Made by a program: the position numbers and the translations under genes. From the human T2T-CHM13v2.0 reference genome, Homo sapiens: DNA of 64,000 nucleotides. Positions 14,311 to 25,940 of the stretch are shown piece by piece (the first letter of the stretch is position 1; every line of letters begins with the position of its first letter). The stretch lies in assembly GCF_009914755.1 (NCBI RefSeq), contig NC_060926.1. One strand, 5' to 3'. A model generated the notes under the pieces. It saw only the letters and a program-made list of their open reading frames with translations. It ran no database searches and had not been told where the DNA came from.

Positions 14311-16029
14311 TACAATGCCCTCAGTCAGAACCAGATTGTAAAAGACACAGAACTAGAGGGCCAACGATCTGTTAAGTGAGCGAAGTCATCGTGATCAATT
14401 GCTTATCCACTTCTTAGGGGAAAGAAACTAGTCAATCAATTTGTTCTTCACCATCTACGTTTCACTATATTCAAAATTAAAAGGAAATTATTTTAAAAAC
14501 TAATATAAAATGTGAAATTTTTTCACATTTTATTAGTTTATTAGTTTTATTTTAAAAACTAATGTAAAATGTGAATTTATTTTCAAATCTTAACGTGGTT
14601 TGCTTCTACATCCAAACATTTTTGAACAATTCGATTTGTTTGATTTGGTTTAGTAAATTTTAACTCTTATTAAATAAACACTTTCAGTCAATGTTTTGTT
14701 ACACGTAATAGAAAATGTACCCAAAAAGAAAGCATTACATAAAGCATCTAATACAAGTCTTAGTTATATAGAATAATGCCCCCTGTGTGTGAGAATTCAT
14801 CAGGCTGGAATCAGATGCAAAAGAGACTATGATCTGCTGTACGGAGTTCCTTTTTTCCCTCTTTGACCCAAAGATCTGGTCTCCACTCCCATTCCTGCCC
14901 ACTCATTACAAATCAAATGTCATCGATCCCAAAAGGCATCGAGTGAGTGATTCTGGGCAGCTCAGTGAGAAACCCATCACTGCAGAGCAAAACCAACACG
15001 ATACAGTGCCACTGGTAATCGACCCACATCAGCTCTCTCCCACACAGACAACCATGCTCTCGTTTTCCCAGAATCACCAGTACTACAAACAGAACTATTT
15101 TGGTTCCACACATTTCAAAGCCCTTTTAAAATTCAAGACAAACAAATGACTGTGGCAGCTTAGGGACACAGGTCCTTTGAGAAGTGCTTCAACTCACAAC
15201 ATCCAGATTTTGAGTCTTCACCTTCCACCACCACAGAGGCCTAGAACACACTGTTTTTAGGCCAGTGGGAAGTAAAAAGAATCCTTAGTCAGTTTTACTA
15301 TGAATATATTACCCTTCAGCAGAAGTCAACACATATCTTCCAGGAAACTATTAAACGCACTAAGAGAGAGAATTTTCTAAATGGCACCCCCAGTGCCCTG
15401 AAAATAATCCATTCTCCCCACAGAATAAAACAACTTATTTCTAAGGAGTAAGTTTATGCTAAAGATGGTCAATTAGAAAGATGTACCTGCATTCCATGAC
15501 TTTAGAAGTTCAACCTTGGCTTTCTTGACAGCATGTTTTTTAAAAATTTTAGCATGGGTTATAAATTACCTCGGGATGTCCATGTGAAAGCAGTGCCGCC
15601 TGGGAACGGTTCCTGTCATCTTGTAGCATACTCAGCTGCTCCCTCCGCACAAATGGCACTTGTAATGAAAACACCGCCATATATCTTGATTTGTCAGAGA
15701 ACAAATCAGTTTTATCTGTTCATTTTGTGGTTTCATGTCATAGGTATTTCAGAAAACATAATTTATAATTCCTCATGCAATTATATATGAAATTAAATCA
15801 TCTCACTTTTCCAGAAGCATCAAAGTATTTCAGATTAAGTAGAATGCATTTGTAATGTCTTTGAAGTTCTCTTCCTCTCTCCCTTCCTCCCAATCCACCC
15901 CCTGAAGAAAAAAATAAATAAAGGAAAAGAGAGAGAAATATTTAGCATTTTAATGAGTTAATCTAGTTATATTAGGTCAGGACTTACAGGGACTTTTATT
16001 CGTATTCTTAATGATAACCCACTATTACA

Positions 16030-16320
16030 ATAATGTCTTAATCATGCCCTAGAGAGGCAGAGGGGTGTGGTGGCTAAGCCACTGTCTCAAGAAACAGAAT
16101 GCCTGGGTTTGAACATTTAGGTCCTGGCTCCATCACTTACTTGCTGTGTACCCTGGGGTATGTCACTTAGCCCATCTGTGCCTCAGTTTCCTCAGCTGTT
16201 AAATGAAGATAATTATGCTTATGCCACACGAGGTTTGCGAACATTAAATGATTTAAGATGTGTAACACACTTAGAACAGTGCCTCACACATAGTAAGCTC
16301 TATGTTTCCTAGCATTATCA
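16030..16320 (+). mobile_element. MIR
   Basis: CCTGGGTTTGAA...CTGTGCCTCAGTTTCCTCAGCTGTTAAATG...CTTAGAACAGTGCCT. Confidence 0.8.
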
Positions 16321-18629
16321 TTAGCAACAATACCCATACCACTCCTTTTTTCTTGTTTTTAGGACTAAATGGACATAAGAATCTAGTGAGACTATGTCTT
16401 AAGGCATTCCAATAGGAGATGAGAAAAAAACATCCTACTGGTGGGTGCTTGTTTGGATGAAAAATTGGTTATTTTAGGGAACTCCAAGACAATGTGGCCA
16501 GCATCCCTTATTGAGTACTAAGTGACACCTCAGTCTCCTGGTAGAATGTGCCACCCCAAATGTTTTAATCCCCTGATTTACAGCAGGGTTGGGCCTATTC
16601 CTTTTAATTTACATGGTTAAATTAATATCTGCCAAGAGACTCAGACAAATTCATAATCTTGTCATTAGCCACAACAGGAAATTCCTCCTTAATAAGATGG
16701 AAAAGCAACTGATGATCTTAATTGCATTAGTTTGAAGTGCAAATGGGTGCATTTTAATATCTAGTGGGGGTCACATGTAAAAAAGGAACATAGCAAATTA
16801 TAATGTAATATGTTAAATCGATATCTCATTTGTATACTTATTGTATACTTATTTAATTATGAAACATTGGTTTCATAACTAATATTTCTTTCACATAAAT
16901 TGATATTTTTGGTTACATGAATATATTTTAATAGATAATTTGAGTTCTATAAATGCTAGCCAATTATATCTATTATGAAAACCCAGGCAAATACTTACTG
17001 AAAACAAATACTCCTCTCTATCTTGGGACTACCAACATACTCACATAGGAAGAGAACGATCCCAGTATCTGAGGATAGGCCTCAGTATGAGCCGCATGAC
17101 TCCAGAAATACACTCAGAAGGGAGACAATCAGAATGGAGCCAATGACACTATTAGAAAAAGTTCAGAGTAGGTACTCAAATAGGTTCCAGGTAGGACCAT
17201 CTCATACTTGGTATGCTATAAGAAAGACTATGAAAAGAAGCTGGGTCACGTTAGAATTATACAATACAGAAGGGAGACAGAGAGATGCTTATCTCTTTTC
17301 CATGCCCAGCAGGACCTGAGGTCCCATAGAAACAAACAAACAAAAAGGATTACAACCCATCACTCCAGCAAATATGGGAGATTTCATGATTTGTTCGACA
17401 AATTCCCTACCTCCAATAATGGGCTGTTCTCAAGCAATTCAAACATAGAAAAAAACCTTCCTTCAGAGTTTCCCCCAAAGACTCCTTCATAAAATCTCCA
17501 TCCTACTGCACACAGCAAAAAACAGAGGCTAACAAATGGACAAACTGTCATCAGTTGTTAATTCCTGGGCAAAGAAACATCTTAACACAGGACTGTCATC
17601 GTGAAACTAGTAAGCAGTCAGTAACCAACCCGCACAATACTGCGTGTATGTTTTGTAAAGAGGAAAATGAACAAAATGTGGGTAAGAACAAGACAATTAC
17701 AAAAACAAAATATGAAATCAATTAGCTAAAGTTTCCTGACACAATGTCTTTATAGCCTTCTTCCACATTAAAAACAAACGCTTAACTCCTTACCACAGAC
17801 AAAGGTAAGAAAGCAAGCCAAATGAACATTAATGTCAAAAAAGTTTTTGTAAAAAAATCTGGCCTTGCACCTGCAATGAACAATGAAAATAAATTTATTT
17901 TCAAAGAACAACTGTATCTGCACATAAATGTTGACGTAAATTACTCTGATTGCCCAGCATGTGCTGGGTATATAGTATCTGCACTTAACACTTCCTAATT
18001 TACTGACCATTCCTAAATCCTTCCATTAATAGATAATCAAGAGAAAACTAATGTTTCTCATTTGATTTGAAAATCCAAAGCTTCACGGTTACGTAGTATT
18101 AAAATTAATAATATAGACTATGGAAGTTATACATTATAATGTTAAGTAAGAACTAGAAGTGAAAATATTGCATACATCTGACCTCCACTACGTAAAAGTA
18201 TGCATAGAACTATAACCAAAGGGAAGCAACCCAAATATTACCTATTTTTATCTCTAGAATGGTTGGTTCATGAGGGAATTTTGTCTTCTACTTTTAAAAA
18301 TTTTTAGTTTTTTTTTTTGTAATTAACAAGTATTATACTTTATAATTAGAAAAAACAAATTTAAACTTTATAAGTTTATAAGGAGCTTATATATACAAAT
18401 ATACAAAAATAGGGTCTAACAAAACAGGCTCTTATAAAATGCCATCCATGATAGCAAGTTCAATTTTGTCATTTAAGCTCAAAACAAGCTCCCCACTCAA
18501 TTTTAAAATACATATCTTCATTAAGTTATCAATTTGAAAATGTCAACCTTCGGTTTATGCCTGTAAGGTATAATTACTATTCACTTGGATTCTAGACTCA
18601 ATTGACAGATTAGAAATACAGTGCCACTA

Positions 18630-18845
18630 AATGGGATATTGGTTAAGTACACATTTTCTGAAGCCAATTTTTGGTGTTGGTCAAGCTATTTGCCTCTCTG
18701 AGCCTCAGCCTCTTCATTGGTAAAATATGGACAATAATATTACGTACTTCACAGGGTTATTATGAGCTTGAATGAGTTAGTAAATGTTAAGCCCTAGGAC
18801 AGTGCCTGGTATATAAGAAGCACTCAATAAATATTAACAAATTTT
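18630..18845 (+). mobile_element. MIR
   Basis: CTCTCTGAGCCTCAGCCTCTTCATTGGTAAAAT...ACAGTGCCTGGTATATAAGAAGCACTCAATAAAT. Confidence 0.75.
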
Positions 18846-19184
18846 ATTATAGCCATAATATGTCTATTATGTAAAAGCTTCAATTTCCCTCACAAAAGCA
18901 AAACCATGACTTAATATAAGCTAATTGTAACAATGTTACATTTATCCTATTCCAAACATGAGTTAGTCCATGTAAGTAAATTTTTCAGATAATTCAGACA
19001 GCTGAACCTTAACCTTTTAAGTGTCCAATCATTTTAGTTTTAATCCTCAAAACATATTCAAAACCTGTCATTTTGTTCTGGTTAAGCAGCTTCTTTCCAG
19101 AAGTCTATATTTGCCAAAACCCTAGTTCTAGACGAAATGGAGAGAAGAGGATCAAAATAAGCATAATATAATGTTAGGTCCTAC

Positions 19185-19360
19185 CTAACATTTTATTACA
19201 TATTGAGTTGCTTATTTTCCATCTCCCCTACATATAAGAATGTAAGTATCTTGAGGGCAGAGACATTATGTATTTGGTTCTTTGCTGTGTCTCAACACCT
19301 AGAACAACATCTAACACATAATAGACACTTGAAAAATATTTGTTAAATGAGTGAATAAAA
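19185..19360 (+). mobile_element. L2 3' end
   Basis: AGAATGTAAGTATCTTGAGGGCAG...ATTTGTTAAATGAGTGAAT. Confidence 0.7.
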
Positions 19361-19506
19361 TATGATGCTAGAGAACCACAGCCTCCAGGTGTGCTCTTTT
19401 AAAGTTTCTTAGCTTTCCTTTCTGCAAAGTAAGAGTGGTAAAATTCAACCACCTATCTTTCAATAGTGCTCAAAAGACTAAAGATCTTAATTTTAAAATC
19501 TTTAAA

Positions 19507-19581
19507 GAAAGATATATCAGAAGTGCATGGAAAAATGTATGCATGGAAAGATTTTTTTCATGCACTTCTGATATATCTTTC
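19507..19581. repeat. Perfect 23-bp inverted repeat with a 29-nt spacer
   Basis: GAAAGATATATCAGAAGTGCATG (19507-19529) and CATGCACTTCTGATATATCTTTC (19559-19581). Confidence 0.95.
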
Positions 19582-22276
19582 ATTGCAGATTATCTAACAT
19601 AGGCCCCCTTTAAAGAAGTCTCTTCACCCCCTTAAGGAATCACCGTATTCATAGTAATAAAACAAGACATTTAGAATTGCTATTTATTACCATGGCTCTG
19701 GAGCATAGATTCTCAAGAAGAACCACCATTTGAAGTTGGTGAGGCTGGTGAGGGCTTTCAATCAAGAACAGGCTGCCCTCTTAGCTCAGCTCCCATGATG
19801 GTAGGCTTTTACCAGGGAGATTATTAGACCTGAGCAGCCAAATCATTGAAGGCCAAGGTTTTAAATGTTCTAGGAGATTTTCAGCATCCTATTCTCTGAT
19901 TTATAAAACTGACAGAAAGAGTATCTTGGAAGCATCTCTCTGCTGAGCGCAACCTGGAAGCTGAGGGGGACCTCTGCGCTGTCTGATTTGCATATAGCCT
20001 ACAGCGATCTTTTCCAACTTGAGTAACAAGCTTGTAAAATAGTAGCACAGATTTGCTGTTCTGTCCTGAGTGATATTTCTTCAAACCAAAAAGAGGCAGA
20101 CAGATAGAGGAAGAACCTTTGTGTTTTCTCTCATTGACATACAAATAATTTTGCCAAATACTGCTTTTGAGCAAGCAAGTGGCACGTGCTCTACAGCCTT
20201 GACTTAAGACCCTTTACAGCTCTCAAAGCTGCCATCAAAAGAAACCTGCATTTCAAAGTGCTGGGTTTTAAATGCTCATCACAGTCACGCAAAATCTATC
20301 TGGCACCTAGGAAACCAACCTAAGGTGCCCAACTGTGACCAAACAGCCAGCAGAATGCTCACTTTTCACTCCTGCCTCTCAAAACCACCACCGAGCTCTT
20401 CTTCTGTCATACTGTAAACAAAGGAAGTCCCCGACAGCTCTGGGTCCCACTTATATGCTAAGCTATTTGAACTAAGTAATAAATAAATTGAACACTTAAT
20501 ACTACAGAAATAAATGAATAGTTATGGAACTGGGATCCCATAGGAATGTAAAAATATAATAACACTGTATCAAAGAAAATCTGGACAAAGTATTAAAATG
20601 TAAAATATATACTAACATATGAAGTGAAAGACCTACAATTCTGAAATTTCACAATTTTGCAAATAACTGAAATTATAAGATTCAGATGATGAGAAATCTT
20701 TTCCAAAGGAAAAAAAGACAAAATAGGAAGCAGGGAATTTCTTAAAAAGCATTTTAATATTACAAAATGCTCTATGGCCAAGACTTTTTTACTGTCCATT
20801 ATGAATGCCAAAATAGACTTTACTTAGAGTTGGAAAATAATGGTATAGCATCAAAACTAGGAGTTATATCAATGGACAAGTTTAAATGTAAAGAATATAT
20901 CAAAAAAGTAACAGCACTATTGAAAAATTTAAGTGCTTTAACGAATGTGTTTTTTACCAAATGAGTTCCTTGAATGAAATCTGTACTACATCTTCTTAAA
21001 CCACAAACAAACCTAGCTATTCAGCAAACAACTCTATTTTACATTTAAAATCTATAAGTTAGTAAAAGACAGTTATGCTTTAAAGGGGAGCAGAACAAAA
21101 AATTAAACATGATATATATCATATCAGAGTACCACAAATTTTAGGCTTGTAGGTTTCACACTTGAAACTCCTAGAAGTTATATATTTTAATGAGACATAC
21201 CTTAATTATTAAATAAAGGTTGTATATATCTGTAGGTCAGTCTGTTTAACCTGGATCATTTTACGTGAATGTCTCAGATGACCAGTCCCTTCCAGGTCAT
21301 GGGCATTAATGCCTAAGCTCTGGAGAAGAAGGACTTTAGGCAGTTTAAAAAATATATCAAAGTTAATTGCTACCATGGCCTATCATCCCAAGCAAAACAG
21401 ATAACTGAAAACACTGCTAAATACTTTCCTCATCATGGAGGAAATAATAAGCTACATTTTTAAATGAATTATTTCCACTGATAGGACTTTTTTTAGTGGG
21501 CATTCAAGTAGAAAATTCAAGGTCAGAGGTAAAGTGAGATCGCACATTCATTTCTTGCCCTCAACAGCTTTTACCCCCAAGCACTACCTAGTCAACTGCT
21601 AGGTATCCCGAAAATCAAGTTAGAGTCTTCACCCTCTACAAATTAACATATAAACAATATTTCCATCAGCTGACCTTCATGTGAGCCATAATTATATATC
21701 TATATATGTTAAATACATATTTATGCCAACATAAACAAATATAAGGAATACAGAACTATAAATATTATATTAGATATTCAATCTTAACTATGTATTGGGA
21801 TGAGGAAATAAGGTGAGCATTATTTTACCGCTGGCATTTAATTAGTATTTCAGGTTTCACTGTGTGCATATGAACATGCATATGTGCACACACACATATG
21901 TATGAATATTTAATTTTATATAGCAGAGGAGGACAAAGCATGGGGTCTGTTGAAGAATTGTGTTCTCCAAATAGTGTTTTACATTGCGGCCTATCCAGCT
22001 CTAATGAGGGCTGAGACATGGTTAACAGCAATTTGGGGTAGCATTTTCAGCTCTCTTTAGAGAGCCACAGAATTTTTTAAAAAGCAGCGTGTCTGTTAAA
22101 AGTTAGCTCTAAGGCCTAAAATGTCTAAATACGTATATTTTTTCAACATTGCCCTTACAAAGAAAAAACTGCTGAAAGTCTCCCAAACATTTAGTGTTTA
22201 AAGAAGAAAAAGTAGAGAAAAGAGAGAGAGTGAAAGGAAGAAATAGAGAAAGCAAGACAAGATTAAACCATTTTAA

Positions 22277-22598
<322 letters not shown>

Positions 22599-22697
22599 AA
22601 CCATTTTAAACATTTTCAATAGGGAAAATGTCAAACTTTCAGAGCATGAAAAACCTTTTGACTCCAGACAACATATATCTTTTAACCATTCTCTCTC

Positions 22698-22733
<36 letters not shown>

Positions 22734-22816
22734 GAAAGAAAGAAAAAGAAAAAAAGGTGAATTTCTGAATTCCTTTCCAAAATTATGACTGCACTTACTA
22801 ATTATCTGACTGTCCA

Positions 22817-23264
<448 letters not shown>

Positions 23265-23349
23265 TGAATTAAAGCAGCAAACCTAAGTTTCAGAAAAGAA
23301 TTTTTTTAAGTGTGAAAGAATAGATAACCCATAGATTCAAAAAAAAAAT

Positions 23350-23760
23350 TAAGGGACACATCAACCAAGTGCAATTTATAGATTTGTATGGCTCCTAATT
23401 TGAATAAGGCAACACTAAAAAAAAAATTACAAAATGATTAAGAAAATTTGAATCTTTACTGAATGTGAAATTAAAGAATTATCTTTTTTTAGGAGTTATG
23501 ACAGTATTGTGGTTTATGTTTTCTAAGATAGTCTTTATCTTTTAGAGATATTTATTAAAATATTATGGATAAAATATAATATCTAAGATATACTTTGAAA
23601 TAATCCAGTGGGGGAGGGGGTGAGAAGTGGGTAGGGAAAGAGACGAGACAGGATTGGCCATGAATTTCTAATTGTTGATCCTAGATGAGGAGTTCATGAA
23701 TATTTAATACACAAGTCTCTCGAATTTGTATATGTTGCATGTTTCCATAAAAAATGATTT
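23350..23760 (+). mobile_element. Old L1M (L1MC/ME-like) 3' end
   Basis: GACACATCAACCAAGTGCAAT...GTATTGTGGTT...TTTGTATATGTTGCATGTTTCCATAA 3'UTR pattern. Confidence 0.7.
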
Positions 23761-24484
23761 TAGAGAATTTAAGAGCAGAGCATTTCAAACACTGAACAAT
23801 TTAAACTGAAAGAATATTCATTTCTAACAATAAAATTGTCCTTGAAAGTAGCCTCTATGTAAAGATCTTCCCAATAGTACATTGTAAAGAGATAGTACAT
23901 TGAAAAATATATAATAAATGAATAATAAAGTGATAATAATAAAGGCATTCATTTTTTATAAAAATATCCTTGGTATTTTGGTTTCAAATCTTTTTTATTT
24001 TTGTCATTGTTTCCAGTTCATAGATGGAAATTCTGCTTTCTACATAACAATGCCTTCAAGCAGATGAGGTTCAGATCAACACTGACAAAACATTTGTAAG
24101 TTTGATAAGAAACTTCTAGATTAGGAATATGTTCTATTTTTGTATCAGGACTCATTTTGGTCACATAAGCAAGAATTATGTATTTGAAATGCTCAACCTA
24201 CTATAGGCCCTCTACAAGTATTTAGTTTTAGAAGTTGGCTTCAGTACATGACAATTCCATGAGGTTTGGCTTTTTGTTTGCTTTTAAATTTTAATGAAGT
24301 CTGTCTCTGTTACTTCAAAAAAGTATCTATATATTTCATCAAAGAAATGAAATATATAAACATCATTATCAAATATATATAATCAGCATGTATTTAGTAA
24401 CCACCTAATCCAAAAAGTCCTACCTTTTAGGGCTTATGTCCAAAAGTAAAGAGCAAGTGCTGGCAATCAAACTGTTCACAGGAC

Positions 24485-24725
24485 GGCTGTGTGGTTAAGG
24501 ACCTTGACTCTAGAGATAGATCAATGGACTTCAGATTTCAGCTCTTCCACCCACTAGCCTGCGCCTCTGGGAAAATTACTCCCCTACCTTTCTTTGCCTC
24601 AGTTTCCTCTTCTATGAAACGGGAAATGTATAACTTACTTCAAAAGTCTGTTATGAGAATTAAATGAGTTAGTACATGTAAATCTCTTAGAATAGTGCTC
24701 AACATATAGTAATTGCTCAGTTGTT
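24485..24725 (+). mobile_element. MIR
   Basis: GCCTCAGTTTCCTCTTCTATGAAACGGG...TTAAATGAGTTAGTACATGTAAA. Confidence 0.75.
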
Positions 24726-24755
24726 ACCATGCATTATATTAAAGCTCTAAGAATT

Positions 24756-25050
24756 GCCTGGGTATAGTGGCTCACACCTTTAATCCCAACACTTTGGGAG
24801 GCTGAAGCAGGAGAATCACCTGAGGCAACATAAGGATACTTCGTCTCTACAAAAAATAAAGTAAAAATTAGGCTGGGCATGGTGGCATGGCCACCCAGCT
24901 ACTCAGGAGGCTGAGGCAGGAAGATTGCTTGAACCCAAAAGTTCAAGGCTGCAGTAAGCTATGATTGTGCCAATGCACTGCAGCCTGGGATACACATCAA
25001 GACTCTGTCTCAAAAAAAAAAAAAAAAAAGAAAGAAAGAAAGAAAAAAAC
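24756..25050 (+). mobile_element. AluJ (internally deleted)
   Basis: AluJ-type GGAAGATTGCTTGA...GTTCAAGGCTGCAGTAAGCTATGAT; TSD CTCTAAGAA. Confidence 0.88.
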
Positions 25051-25620
25051 CAACTCTAAGAAATCCCTTGGTTTATACATTACAGGGGCTCATTAACGAT
25101 TTATTGATTCTTTTTTTAATCTTCCACTGAAAAAACAGAAATACATCTGTATCATGTATAAATTTTCACATTTGTGGATAAATTAGGGATGAAGTGAACA
25201 GCTTATCAAAATTGGGGAATAAGACATAATTATCTTCCCATTTATTCAAAGAATTCATGAAGGAAGTAAAATTTGATATTTACTTTTTTTATTAGAAAAA
25301 GAAGAAAATCCCACATAATCCCATCACCTACTCTGCTGATTATTCTAATACATTGCCTTCATCCTTCTTCCATGCATATATGTGGAATTTTATATCACTG
25401 AGAATGTACTTGGCACCCTGCTTGATTCACATAACATTTATTAAAGACACCTTTTCTGTGTTTTAGAAACATTATTTAAATGACTGCAGGAATGTAATTA
25501 CTCCAATATAAATAAGAAACAGTGACAATTAATATACCCCTTCTTAAACATATAATTTTGACCTTAAAAAAAATCCAGTCAGAAAGGATTTTTGCTTATT
25601 TGCTAAGCACGTTTGTTTTA

Positions 25621-25940
<320 letters not shown>

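Noticed and set aside
14829-15149. 106-aa ATG-initiated plus-strand ORF
   Set aside because: No recognisable homology, retrocopy hallmarks or splice context; compatible with chance.
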